From assembly GCF_013294015.1 (NCBI RefSeq), contig NZ_JABSNO010000003.1, forward strand, positions 78,746 to 142,745: DNA of 64,000 nucleotides, in the 5' to 3' direction. Origin of the DNA: Frigoriflavimonas asaccharolytica. GTDB taxonomy: Bacteria > Bacteroidota > Bacteroidia > Flavobacteriales > Weeksellaceae. The translations under genes and the position numbers were made by a program. The notes beneath the pieces were generated by a model. That model ran no database searches, was not told the origin of the DNA, and saw only the letters and a program-made list of their open reading frames with translations. Below, in pieces: positions 1 to 10,121 of this stretch (positions within the stretch are counted from its first letter, which is position 1; the number at the start of each line of letters is the position of its first letter).

Positions 1-67
1 ATAGTTGACAATTATCAGCAATTTTTACATTTAAAAATTTCGTAAATTTGCGATTATTAAAGTAGCA

Positions 68-595
68 ATGGACTCTCTAAACGAAATTTTTTCCGAACCA
101 TATTTTCCTTACGCATTCGCGTTGGTTTTTATAATTCCGATCATTTTTTTATTGAGACTTTTCGTTTTTAAATATATTGAATTTAAAAATAGAGAATTTA
201 AAATGCTTACTGTAAAAGGGAATGCAGAAAATAAAAGCCAATCTTATGAAAGGATGGCACTTTTTTTAGAAAGGATAAAACCTTCTAATTTGGTTTCTAA
301 TTTCGATGCTAAATTAGAAAAGCATGAATTTCTTTTTTTAACGGAAAAATCTATAATAGAAGAATTTAATTATAATACGTCTCAACAAATTTACATTACC
401 AAAAATACGTGGTCTTCTGTAGTTATGGCTAAAGATGAAGTTATAAAATTGTTGCAAGAAACATACAATAAGATTGGAGAAAACGCCAATTTAGAAGAAT
501 ATAAAACACTTTTGCTGCTCAATTATATGAACGGTGAAGATTATATCAGCCAGACAATTGATGAATTGAAGCGAGAAGTTTTGCTGGTTACCTAA
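68..595 (+). CDS. hypothetical protein with N-terminal transmembrane helix
   Basis: 175-aa ORF. Hydrophobic segment FALVFIIPIIFLLRLFVF near the N-terminus. No recognisable catalytic motif. Confidence 0.35.
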   Translation: MDSLNEIFSEPYFPYAFALVFIIPIIFLLRLFVFKYIEFKNREFKMLTVKGNAENKSQSYERMALFLERIKPSNLVSNFDAKLEKHEFLFLTEKSIIEEFNYNTSQQIYITKNTWSSVVMAKDEVIKLLQETYNKIGENANLEEYKTLLLLNYMNGEDYISQTIDELKREVLLVT

Positions 596-615
596 TACAA
601 TTAATTTTACACAAA

Positions 616-1227
616 ATGATACCAAATTTTAAAGCACATCCATGGCACGGAATTTCCGTAGGGGAAGAATGTCCAGACGTAGTGAATGTTTTTATAGAAA
701 TAGTACCTTCGGATACTATAAAATATGAAGTAGATAAGGAAAGTGGTTTCCTAAAAGTAGATCGCCCACAGCAATTTTCTAATATAATTCCTGCATTGTA
801 TGGTTTTGTACCTAGAACATATTGCCACGATGAAGTTTTGAGACTAGCTTTAGAAAGTGGAGCAGAAGACGTAACTATTGGAGATAATGATCCTTTGGAT
901 ATCTGTGTTTTGAGTTCTCATAATATTCACTCTGGCGGAATGTTGATGGAAGCTTTGCCAATTGGTGGTTTTAAAATGATAGATGCAGGTGAAGCAGACG
1001 ATAAAATTGTAGCAGTAATGAAAGGAGATCACGCTTTCGGGCATTTCCGAGATATTTCTGAATTGCCGCAAGCTGAAGTAAAACGTTTGATGCACTATTT
1101 CCTTACCTACAAAAATTTACCAGACGAACCTGCAAAATGTAGAATTCATGAAGTTTACGGAGCTGATCATGCAAAAGAAGTAGTTTTAGCTTCTATGCGA
1201 GATTATGCAAGTAAATTTGGCGGATAA
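616..1227 (+). CDS. ppa: inorganic pyrophosphatase (family I, soluble)
   Basis: 203 aa. HPWHG N-terminal motif and a length and D/E-rich pattern typical of soluble PPase. Confidence 0.9.
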   Translation: MIPNFKAHPWHGISVGEECPDVVNVFIEIVPSDTIKYEVDKESGFLKVDRPQQFSNIIPALYGFVPRTYCHDEVLRLALESGAEDVTIGDNDPLDICVLSSHNIHSGGMLMEALPIGGFKMIDAGEADDKIVAVMKGDHAFGHFRDISELPQAEVKRLMHYFLTYKNLPDEPAKCRIHEVYGADHAKEVVLASMRDYASKFGG

Positions 1228-1314
1228 CATTAAACAATATCCAAATTTCATAAATTTTTACGGTAAATTCATAGTTTTTGCCTGTTAAATTTTTAAACAT
1301 CAGAATTATTTATG

Positions 1315-1322
1315 TACTTTTG
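1315..1322 (+). promoter_or_regulatory. candidate Bacteroidetes -7 promoter element (TAnnTTTG) upstream of hppA
   Basis: tacttttg matches TAnnTTTG about 45 bp upstream of the ATG at 1368. No clear -33 TTG at canonical spacing. Confidence 0.25.
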
Positions 1323-1367
1323 ATTTTCTTTAAATAATTTAACAGAAATTAACATTAAACAAAAACT

Positions 1368-4121
1368 ATGAATAATCTTTTCTATTTGGTACCAATATTT
1401 GGTGTCATTGCTCTTATTTACACTTTTATCCAAAGTGCATGGGTTACCAAACAACCAGACGGCGATAGCCGCATGAAAGAAATTGCTGGCTATATTGCAG
1501 ATGGAGCAATGGCTTTCTTAAAAGCAGAATACAAAGTAATGAGTTACTTTGTTGTAGTAGCTGCTCTATTGTTAGGTGTAATGGGATATGCGGATAAAAA
1601 TAGCCACTGGTCTATTGCATTGGCATTTATCTTTGGTGCATTTTTCAGTGCTTTAGCCGGATTCTTAGGAATGAGGATCGCTACAAAATCCAACGTAAGA
1701 ACTGCAGAAGCTGCAAAAACATCACTTTCAAAAGCATTGAAGGTTTCCTTTACAGGAGGTTCTGTAATGGGAATGGGAGTTGCTGGTTTGGCTGTTTTGG
1801 GTTTAGGTAGTTTGTTTATTATTTTAAAAATGGTATTTGCTCCAGATTCTGCTGTAGACAGCGAAGAAATGAAGCGTGCTATTGAAATCCTGACAGGTTT
1901 TTCTTTGGGTGCAGAATCTATCGCACTTTTTGCAAGAGTAGGAGGTGGAATATACACTAAAGCGGCAGATGTAGGTGCGGATTTAGTAGGAAAAGTAGAA
2001 GCAGGAATACCAGAAGACGATCCAAGAAATCCGGCAACTATTGCAGATAACGTAGGAGATAATGTAGGAGATGTAGCAGGAATGGGAGCAGATTTATTCG
2101 GTTCTTATGTAGCTACCGTTTTAGCAACTATGGTTTTGGGTAGAGAAACTACTGGTATAGATTTAAATCCATTAGTTGATGGATTTGGAGGTTTATCTCC
2201 GATTTTATTGCCGATGCTTATTGCAGGTGTTGGTATCATACTTTCGATAATAGGTACTTTTTTCGTTCGTATCTCGGAAAGTGCAGGATTGAATACTTCG
2301 ACTGTGCAAAATGCATTAAATATGGGGAATTATGGTTCCATTGTATTAACCGCAATTGCATGTTTCTTCTTAGTTACCAATATTTTGCCAGCAGAAATGT
2401 CTTTAAGAGGCTTTAATTTCACTAGTATGGATGTTTTTTATTCCATTTTAGTTGGTTTAGCAGTTGGTACTTTAATGAGCATCATTACAGAATATTATAC
2501 AGCAATGGGGAAAAGACCAGTGCAAAGTATTGTAGATCAATCTTCTACTGGTCATGCAACAAATATTATTGGTGGATTGGCAGTAGGAATGGAATCTACA
2601 TTTTTACCAATTTTGGTTTTAGCAGCGGGAATTTTTGGATCTTACCATTTTGCAGGTTTGTACGGTGTTGCTATTGCAGCAGCCGGAATGATGGCTACAA
2701 CAGCAATGCAATTAGCAATTGATGCTTTTGGTCCAATTGCAGATAATGCAGGTGGAATTGCAGAAATGAGCGAATTGCCTGCAGAAGTTAGAGAAAAAAC
2801 AGATATTCTAGATGCAGTAGGAAATACCACAGCTGCTACAGGAAAAGGATTTGCAATTGCTTCTGCGGCTTTAACGGCTTTAGCATTATTTGCAGCGTTC
2901 GTAGGAATTGCAGGAATTGATGGTATCGATATTTATAGAGCAGATGTACTTGCAGGTTTATTTGTGGGAGCTATGATTCCATTTATATTTTCTTCTTTAG
3001 CTATTCGTGCTGTTGGAGAAGCTGCAATGGCAATGGTAGAAGAAGTTAGAAGACAATTTCGTGAAATTCCAGGAATTTTGGAAGGAACAGGAAAACCGGA
3101 ATATGACAAATGTGTAGCAATATCTACAGAAGCATCTTTGAGAAAAATGATGTTACCTGGTGCAATTGCTATCGTTTCTCCGCTAATTGTTGGTTTCCTT
3201 TTAGGTCCAGAAGTTTTAGGTGGATTTTTAGCAGGAGCTACTGTTTCTGGAGTATTGATGGGTATGTTCCAAAATAATGCTGGTGGAGCTTGGGATAATG
3301 CAAAAAAATCTTTCGAGCAAGGTGTAGATATTAAAGGTGAAAAATTCTACAAAGGATCTGAACCTCACAAAGCATCTGTAACAGGTGATACTGTAGGAGA
3401 TCCTTTCAAAGATACTTCTGGTCCATCTATGAATATTTTAATTAAATTAATGTCTATCGTTTCTTTAGTTATTGCACCTACTTTAGCGGTGATACACGCA
3501 GATCAAATAAAGGAAAATAGAGCAGCGAAATTAAAAGTAATTACATTAGCTCAAATTAAAGCAGACAATCCAAACGGAGAAGCTGCTGTAGATTTGGCCG
3601 CAATTTCTACGATGAAAGGAGCATTGAATGCAGATGGAGATTTCGTGTATGAAACAGGCGAAATGCAAGAAGTTTCTTTAATGAATGGAAAAAAAATCAT
3701 GATAGGAAATAGCAGTTCTATATTTAATATGGTGAAAAGTATTGAAGGAAAAGATGAATCTATTTTAAATAAAGATGTTTGGTTTACCATAGAAAATCTT
3801 TATTTTGATACTGGAAAAAGTACCATTAAAGCAAGTTCTATGGTTGAATTACAGAATATTGCAGAAGTTTTGAAAGCCAACGAAAATTTAAAGATAAAAC
3901 TTGGTGGGTACACAGATAATTCTGGTTCACAAGAAATCAACCAACCACTATCTCTCCAAAGAGCAGAAAGTGCAAAAAAACAATTGACAGCAATGGGAAT
4001 TGCCGCAGACAGAATTGAGGCAGAAGGATACGGAAGTGAATTTCCTGTTTGTGCTGCAAATGATACTCCAGAATGCAAAGCTCAAAACAGAAGAATAGCT
4101 GTGAGAGTTACAGAATTATAG
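1368..4121 (+). CDS. hppA: membrane-bound H+/Na+-translocating pyrophosphatase with C-terminal OmpA-like domain
   Basis: 917 aa, polytopic. Contains [19 protein letters not shown] and DNVGDNVGD signatures of V-type PPase. The last ~110 aa ([11 protein letters not shown]...[27 protein letters not shown]...NRRIAVRV) match an OmpA C-terminal peptidoglycan-binding domain. Confidence 0.85.
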   Translation: MNNLFYLVPIFGVIALIYTFIQSAWVTKQPDGDSRMKEIAGYIADGAMAFLKAEYKVMSYFVVVAALLLGVMGYADKNSHWSIALAFIFGAFFSALAGFLGMRIATKSNVRTAEAAKTSLSKALKVSFTGGSVMGMGVAGLAVLGLGSLFIILKMVFAPDSAVDSEEMKRAIEILTGFSLGAESIALFARVGGGIYTKAADVGADLVGKVEAGIPEDDPRNPATIADNVGDNVGDVAGMGADLFGSYVATVLATMVLGRETTGIDLNPLVDGFGGLSPILLPMLIAGVGIILSIIGTFFVRISESAGLNTSTVQNALNMGNYGSIVLTAIACFFLVTNILPAEMSLRGFNFTSMDVFYSILVGLAVGTLMSIITEYYTAMGKRPVQSIVDQSSTGHATNIIGGLAVGMESTFLPILVLAAGIFGSYHFAGLYGVAIAAAGMMATTAMQLAIDAFGPIADNAGGIAEMSELPAEVREKTDILDAVGNTTAATGKGFAIASAALTALALFAAFVGIAGIDGIDIYRADVLAGLFVGAMIPFIFSSLAIRAVGEAAMAMVEEVRRQFREIPGILEGTGKPEYDKCVAISTEASLRKMMLPGAIAIVSPLIVGFLLGPEVLGGFLAGATVSGVLMGMFQNNAGGAWDNAKKSFEQGVDIKGEKFYKGSEPHKASVTGDTVGDPFKDTSGPSMNILIKLMSIVSLVIAPTLAVIHADQIKENRAAKLKVITLAQIKADNPNGEAAVDLAAISTMKGALNADGDFVYETGEMQEVSLMNGKKIMIGNSSSIFNMVKSIEGKDESILNKDVWFTIENLYFDTGKSTIKASSMVELQNIAEVLKANENLKIKLGGYTDNSGSQEINQPLSLQRAESAKKQLTAMGIAADRIEAEGYGSEFPVCAANDTPECKAQNRRIAVRVTEL

Positions 4122-4142
4122 AATTTTTTATTTTAAAAAGAT

Positions 4143-4176
4143 AAACGCCTCAAAGTTTTTGAGGCGTTTTTTTATT
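4143..4176 (+). terminator. rho-independent terminator after hppA
   Basis: Hairpin aaacgcctcaaa/tttgaggcgttt followed by a T-run. Confidence 0.6.
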
Positions 4177-4535
4177 ATCATTTTTTATAATTTAAGAATT
4201 TCATTGCTAAATTTAATATTCGTAATTACCTTAATAATTATTTGTTTATAAAATCTTTTTAAGTAAACATAATCCTGAATATATTTTTTAATACATATAC
4301 TTGCAAATATTAGTTTTAATAAGTTTAATGTTCTCCAAAAAAACATAAATTAATGATTAAAATACTAAACAGAATCTGAATAGAATTACAATAGAACTAT
4401 CGATAGCATTATTGGTAAGAAGAAAGCGCAGAATCAATAATTTTATATGTAGTATTCTTCATAAAATGTGATGCCAACTACAAATGTGCGCACAACTATT
4501 TTTAGTATGATGAAGATAAGGAATTGGTTCAATAA

Positions 4536-4568
4536 AAAAGACCTATCAAATTTGATAAGTCTTTTTGC
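4536..4568 (-). terminator. hairpin terminator downstream of minus-strand gene 4593..5276
   Basis: Inverted repeat aagacctatcaaa/tttgataagtctt with T-runs on both sides; possibly bidirectional. Confidence 0.5.
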
Positions 4569-4592
4569 TTTTTTTATTGTACGATTTAGAAA

Positions 4593-5276
4593 TTAAAATG
4601 TGGAACAGCAAGTTTTAATTTGAAAATCATCATAATACCAAACTACATTTTCTGCATTAGGAACATCTACAGTGAAAGAAACTCCTCCTCTGTTTTTTAG
4701 TACATCATTAAATTTTTGAGCATCATCCGCTGCATTCACAGAGGGAACTATTGTCCATTGCCCATATTCATTACTTGGCAACACATTGTTTGAAGCCAAA
4801 GCAATTGGAATTTTAATTGATGTAAATACTCCCTTATTTGCAACAATTTTATAAGGGTCTTTCAATTTAAAAACTGCTCTGTAGGTAGAATTGTAAAAGT
4901 TGGTAGTATTATACAATTCCATTGCATTTTCTGCAGTGGCATCTCCAACTGCATTTAATGCTACTTTGTAATATATATCGCAACCAGTTGCGATAAGATT
5001 AGCCGTTAAAAAATTAGAATTGAAGGTAGTAGAAACACCAGATCCATCTGTGAATTTCATGGCTTTGTTGGTGTTTCCTACCGGAAAATTTGCAACAATA
5101 CCAGTTCCATTGATGGTTGTCCAACCGTTGACATTATTTAAGGTTGCGGTCTCAAAATTTTCTGTGTAGGTGAAAGTACTGCAATCTTGAGATACATAAA
5201 CACAATCTTCGCTTCTAGAACAATTAGAAAATAAGAAGAGTATATTGAAATAGAATATATATTTTATATTTTTCAT
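4593..5276 (-). CDS. secreted/lipoprotein-like hypothetical protein (Cys-containing)
   Basis: Signal peptide with LFSNCS lipobox-like site and several Cys pairs. 72 bp downstream of the OmpA-family gene on the same strand. Confidence 0.5.
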   Translation of the reverse strand: MKNIKYIFYFNILFLFSNCSRSEDCVYVSQDCSTFTYTENFETATLNNVNGWTTINGTGIVANFPVGNTNKAMKFTDGSGVSTTFNSNFLTANLIATGCDIYYKVALNAVGDATAENAMELYNTTNFYNSTYRAVFKLKDPYKIVANKGVFTSIKIPIALASNNVLPSNEYGQWTIVPSVNAADDAQKFNDVLKNRGGVSFTVDVPNAENVVWYYDDFQIKTCCSTF

Positions 5277-5348
5277 TTTAATAGGATTATTTAATTATAA
5301 AAATAGTATTACTATGCGGTTTAGAACATAGTAATACCAAGATAAGAT

Positions 5349-7154
5349 TTATTTTTTTTGATCCGGACAGATAACTTTCATTTCCGTTCTACGATTCACT
5401 TCATGTTCTGCATCGGTACATTTTGCGCCGTTTATACATTGGTTCAAAATGGCTTTTTCGCCCATTCCTATTGCAATCAATCTTGATTTTGTAATTCCGT
5501 TTGTAATCAAATAGTCTACTACAGATTTTGCTCTTTCGTTAGATAATCTTTGGTTGTATTCATCACTACCTCTCGCATCTGTATGAGAAGAAAGCTCCAC
5601 ATTTGCGTTTGGATTATCTTTCAAGAATTGCAATAATTTATTTAATTCTGGGTATGCTTCTATTCTTAATGTAGCTTTATCAAAATCATAATAAATTTTG
5701 TTTAGGGTAACTTTATTACCACAACCAGCATTATCTGCGCAAATATTCAATTCCATATATACAGATCCACCTACAGTTTTAGATGTTGTAATCTCTTTAA
5801 TTTCAGAGAAATACAATTCTTTTGAAGCATAGATTCTGTATCTTAAATTATTTTGCAATATCATAGTGAAATTTCCATTTGCATCAGACTTGGCAGTTTT
5901 ATTATATTCCGGACTATTACTTTCTGCATATATCAAAGCATTTTTCAGTGGTAATTTTGTTTTGCAATCCGTAATGTTTCCTCTCACAATGATGTGATTT
6001 TGAGTATAATAGATATTCTTACGAACGATAGGGTTTTTATCAAACTCTGCACTGTCTACCGTTGTAACTTCTAGTGGTTCGCCATAAAAAGCTGAATTGA
6101 TTGTGTAAGTATCATAAGGTAGGTTTTTAAATGTAACACTTCCAGATCCGTCTGTAGTTTCTTCTCCAATCGGTTCACCGGTAGAATCAAATAAATTAAC
6201 CTTTACGCCAGCAAGAAACTCTTTCGTTATTTTATCGAACGTGTTTACAATGATGGTGTTGTCTTGTGACTTTGGAATTTCAATCAATGGTTCTGGCTCA
6301 ATCTGTTTCTTTTTGATGCCAAATCTATAATTAAGTCCTAAGGTAACACCATAAGAATCAAAATCGCAGTTGCATTCCGAATTTCTAAATTTTACGTTAT
6401 CCGTTACAACGTTGGTATTATTCACATCGTTGAATTCTCTGTAAGCAGTATAACTAGATCCGCTTAAAAGCTCGGTAGTTTTCTGATGCTTTATGTAGTA
6501 TCCTCCAATACTTAAAGCAACATCTTCTTGGATGTTGAACATCACATTCAATCCACCTTTGAAGGTAAGAAGGCTTTTAGAATCAAAGCCATTGTATTTA
6601 TTAAGGGTTACGTTTGCAGTATTGTCTCTCAACAATAATTCTCCACCAGTTATATTGGAAAGTCCGACTCTTCCATACAATTCTGCACTTATTTTCTTTG
6701 CTTCGTTGGTCTTGAAACTTGGTCCAACACCAAAAAATAACCTCGAAATTTTACCTTCTGTATTTTGAAGATTTGTTAACGAGGTAGCGCCAAACTTTAG
6801 ATTGGTGGTTGGATAAAGATTTTTCATGTTATTTTGAAAATAATCAACATCAAAACCAACACCGAAATATTTCCAGTAATAATTCAAATTCACACCGAAT
6901 TTTAGCCCATTTTGAATCTCTGCATACGCAAGATGATTTTTGACAGTGGGAATGTCATACCCTATATTTGCACCTATTTGAAAATAATTAGTAGTAGCGG
7001 GCAAATCTGGTTTTATGATGGTATCTTGTTTAATACTCATCATTTTAGAATGATTTTCACTGAAAATTAATTCAGTATTTCTAATATTTGATTTTATTTG
7101 GATACTCCAAAGTAAAATCAAACTCAGAAACAGCAAAGTTTGTTTTGTTTTCAT
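5349..7154 (-). CDS. OmpA family outer membrane protein (beta-barrel + Ig/carboxypeptidase-regulatory-like repeats + OmpA_C)
   Basis: Signal peptide. C-terminal YYDFDKATL...SSHTDARGSDEYNQRLSNERAKSV...NRRTE OmpA_C motif. Confidence 0.75.
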   Translation of the reverse strand: MKTKQTLLFLSLILLWSIQIKSNIRNTELIFSENHSKMMSIKQDTIIKPDLPATTNYFQIGANIGYDIPTVKNHLAYAEIQNGLKFGVNLNYYWKYFGVGFDVDYFQNNMKNLYPTTNLKFGATSLTNLQNTEGKISRLFFGVGPSFKTNEAKKISAELYGRVGLSNITGGELLLRDNTANVTLNKYNGFDSKSLLTFKGGLNVMFNIQEDVALSIGGYYIKHQKTTELLSGSSYTAYREFNDVNNTNVVTDNVKFRNSECNCDFDSYGVTLGLNYRFGIKKKQIEPEPLIEIPKSQDNTIIVNTFDKITKEFLAGVKVNLFDSTGEPIGEETTDGSGSVTFKNLPYDTYTINSAFYGEPLEVTTVDSAEFDKNPIVRKNIYYTQNHIIVRGNITDCKTKLPLKNALIYAESNSPEYNKTAKSDANGNFTMILQNNLRYRIYASKELYFSEIKEITTSKTVGGSVYMELNICADNAGCGNKVTLNKIYYDFDKATLRIEAYPELNKLLQFLKDNPNANVELSSHTDARGSDEYNQRLSNERAKSVVDYLITNGITKSRLIAIGMGEKAILNQCINGAKCTDAEHEVNRRTEMKVICPDQKK

Positions 7155-7301
7155 AAAATAGTTAGTTTTTTTAATGGAAACAAAAATAACGCTATTTAGC
7201 CTTATAGCAATGCTTTTTTAAAATTTTCATCAATTAAAATTGAATTTTCCCTTACTTTAAAAAAAATCTCATACTTTTTCATGTATTTTCGTCACAAAAA
7301 T

Positions 7302-8231
7302 TTAGCTATTCGCCTTTGTACAAGTCCAAATAGAGCCATTTTTAGTATTGAATTTTTCAATTTTTTCGTCCGCAAGGAGTTGATCTAAAATCGCGTCGGT
7401 TTCGGAGCGATTTATACCCGACAATACTGAGAATTCTAAAGCAGTCATCGTTTCAAATTTTGAAAAAAGAGATTCCCAATCTTTTTTATAGCTTTCAGTT
7501 TTAATGCTGGGATTTATTTTTTTTAAAATCGCCTCATAACTTTCATATGGTTTTACGCCATACATTATTTCAGATTTCCCTTCATTGTTGATGAAAAATA
7601 GCGTAGGAAAACCTCTTACACCCAATTTTCTAGCAAAATTCAAATCTTCTTGAAATAAGAGATTTGCTGCATTTTCGTAATCTTCTTTAAATTTCACCAT
7701 ATTTAAATCACATTTTTCTGCGGCGAAAGCCAAATTTTCCCAGTCGCAGATATTTTTCTTCTGCAAAAAAACCATTTCTTTTATTTCTCGTAGAAAATCT
7801 TGGGCTTTCTTTTCATCTTGAATTTGTGCCGCTTTGAATGCAATACTTGGTGGATAAGAAGAATGCAACGGATTTTCTAACCATATATCTCCATCAATTG
7901 GCATATCATAATGCGCGCTTACTTCGTCCCAATGTTCTGCAACATCAGAAGGTTTGCTGATGCCACCACTATTGTAGGACCAATCTTTTAGCAAACCGCC
8001 CATTCTATATTCAATTTCTATATCATTTCCATATTCCAATTTCAGTTTTCTCAATTGTGGTTCTATTCCCCAACAAGATGAGCAAATAGGATCTGTAAAA
8101 TAGATGATTTTCACCGATTTTTCTTTTGAATTTTCATCAAAATTTTCAGCATTTTTTGTTGAATTATCTTCGGCTATTTCGCAAATTCCTGTATCTATAT
8201 CGCACAATAGTGGATTTTTTTCTTCTTGCAT
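7302..8231 (-). CDS. DsbA-like thioredoxin-fold protein
   Basis: CSSC CxxC motif in a DsbA-like context (YFTDPICSSCWGIEPQL). C-terminal winged-helix-like segment. Confidence 0.55.
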   Translation of the reverse strand: MQEEKNPLLCDIDTGICEIAEDNSTKNAENFDENSKEKSVKIIYFTDPICSSCWGIEPQLRKLKLEYGNDIEIEYRMGGLLKDWSYNSGGISKPSDVAEHWDEVSAHYDMPIDGDIWLENPLHSSYPPSIAFKAAQIQDEKKAQDFLREIKEMVFLQKKNICDWENLAFAAEKCDLNMVKFKEDYENAANLLFQEDLNFARKLGVRGFPTLFFINNEGKSEIMYGVKPYESYEAILKKINPSIKTESYKKDWESLFSKFETMTALEFSVLSGINRSETDAILDQLLADEKIEKFNTKNGSIWTCTKANS

Positions 8232-8362
8232 AATTTAAATTTTAAATATGAATTTTGTTCTAGCACTTTATCTTTTAAGGAATTCTATTTCCAAATATTT
8301 TCCGCCAGTAAATGGTGTTTATTTGGTAAAATTAGTTTTAATTTTTTGTGTATAGTTACATT

Positions 8363-8905
8363 TTATTCCTTTCTATGAAGCAAATTTTTAATTTCCAGAT
8401 ACACTTTGTTATTTAATACAAAAGTATTTGAAAATTTATTATTTAGATGCATTTCAAAATTATATGCTAAACCTGGTCCAGTTCTTCCATTTTTAGTATA
8501 GTAAAACGATGTTGGCAATAAATTAATTAAACATAGAAGATTTCGTTTAAATGATCTACTAAAATTTGGACGATTGCCGTAATCATCTACAACCTTCAAT
8601 TTAAATATTTTCTTTCCTAAAGTTTGTCCTGTTAAAGTTTCAGAAATAGCACCAATAATTATTACCATTGGAATAGAATACAAAAAACTTAGAAACGGAT
8701 TTAACTTAAATATAAAGATCAAAATAAAAATATTTGGTATTAAATCTATTACTTTAGATAACAGTCTTGCTGTATGATTGTCCTTAGATTTTGTATCGAA
8801 TTTAAAATCATAATCAATCGCTTGGTAAATTCTATTTCCACCTGCATCAAAATTTTGTGTTGGTCTATGAATTAATCTTTTTTCCTTTATTTCTGAAATT
8901 TTCAC
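8363..8905 (-). CDS. RDD family membrane protein
   Basis: Two hydrophobic helices flanking a GQTLGKKIFKLKVV RDD-like segment. Confidence 0.45.
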   Translation of the reverse strand: MKISEIKEKRLIHRPTQNFDAGGNRIYQAIDYDFKFDTKSKDNHTARLLSKVIDLIPNIFILIFIFKLNPFLSFLYSIPMVIIIGAISETLTGQTLGKKIFKLKVVDDYGNRPNFSRSFKRNLLCLINLLPTSFYYTKNGRTGPGLAYNFEMHLNNKFSNTFVLNNKVYLEIKNLLHRKE

Positions 8906-8922
8906 TTTTTAATGATTAAATT

Positions 8923-10071
8923 TTAACAAAAATATTTCCTCAAATTCGCCACAGCTTCTTCCAAAGTTTCATCTTTTTTTGCAAAACTAATTCGCAGTTT
9001 ACCCGTATTTTTTTCGTCATGATAGAAAGCAGAGTAGGGAATTGTTGCCACTTTTGCTTTTTCTATTAGTAATAATGAAAAATCTTTGTCGCTTATTTTG
9101 GAATTAATGTTGGTGAAATCAAAGGTTTGTGCATAGCCACTTTTCGCTTTTTCAGAAATAGTGAAAGGTACATCTTCCATTAATGTTAAAAAATAATCTC
9201 TTTTATTTTGGAAATAGATGCGATTCTCTTTTTCATCGAAAATTTCTAAAAATTTTGCCAAAGCATATTGTGCATGAAGATTGGTGGTGAAGCAAATATA
9301 TTGATGCACAGATTGCAAATGTGCCGTCAACTTTTCCGAAGCCAAAATATAACTCGTTTTCCAGCCAAATAAATAGAACATTTTTTCCAAAGAAAAAAGG
9401 CAAACACATCTTTCTTTTATTTCTGGATGGTGATATGCGCTGTAAAATTGATGATCATCAAAAACCAAAACATCATAAACTTCATCAGATAGAATGACGA
9501 TATTTCTATCTTTTATTAGTTCCCAAAGTGTATCCCAATCTTCTTTATTCCAAATTTTTCCAGTTGGATTATGAGGAAAATTTACAATAATCACCCTCGT
9601 TTTTTCCGTGATTGAATCTTCTAAAACCGACCATTCTAAAGGAGAATTATCTTTGGAACTGATAAAAATTGGTTTGGCTTTTCGCATTTCTACCAATGGA
9701 AGATAGGTTTCATAGCAAGGTTCTATGATGATTACTTCATCGTTTTCTTGCACAAGCGCTTGCATCGCAATATGCAATCCATAAGTAGCACCTGGAATTA
9801 TAGAAATTTCTTTCTCAGTAATGAAAAGGGGATTTTCTCTTCTCTTATTAAATTGTAATATATTTTCAATTAAAATGGGAAGAGCAGGAGCAGATGCAAA
9901 TTTTTTAAAATCCTTTTCTGCAGATTCTTTTAAAAATTGAGATAATCTAGAATCCATCGGGAAATCTGGTGCATTTTGTGCAAGATTTATAGCGGAATGA
10001 AGCCTAGAATGATTGCCAATATCTGTAAAAATATTAACTTCTTTTGCAGAATGTATTTTATTGAAATTCAT
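8923..10071 (-). CDS. PLP-dependent aminotransferase class I/II (methionine/aromatic aminotransferase-like), paralog 2
   Basis: IPGATYG, NFPHNPTGK and SLEKMF...GWK (PLP-binding Lys) motifs. Confidence 0.8.
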   Translation of the reverse strand: MNFNKIHSAKEVNIFTDIGNHSRLHSAINLAQNAPDFPMDSRLSQFLKESAEKDFKKFASAPALPILIENILQFNKRRENPLFITEKEISIIPGATYGLHIAMQALVQENDEVIIIEPCYETYLPLVEMRKAKPIFISSKDNSPLEWSVLEDSITEKTRVIIVNFPHNPTGKIWNKEDWDTLWELIKDRNIVILSDEVYDVLVFDDHQFYSAYHHPEIKERCVCLFSLEKMFYLFGWKTSYILASEKLTAHLQSVHQYICFTTNLHAQYALAKFLEIFDEKENRIYFQNKRDYFLTLMEDVPFTISEKAKSGYAQTFDFTNINSKISDKDFSLLLIEKAKVATIPYSAFYHDEKNTGKLRISFAKKDETLEEAVANLRKYFC

Positions 10072-10121
10072 AATTTCCTATTTTTAAATCTAACTAGAAC
10101 AACATTTTTTGCTTTTAAAAA

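Noticed and set aside
850-4078. Short antisense ORFs inside ppa and hppA (850..1095, 1544..1957, 2642..2830, 3551..3790, 3800..4078)
   Set aside because: Embedded antisense in strongly supported coding genes. Low-complexity translations typical of AT-rich frame noise. The same applies to similar antisense ORFs inside the RND pump, uvrA, flotillin, sensor kinase and other genes.
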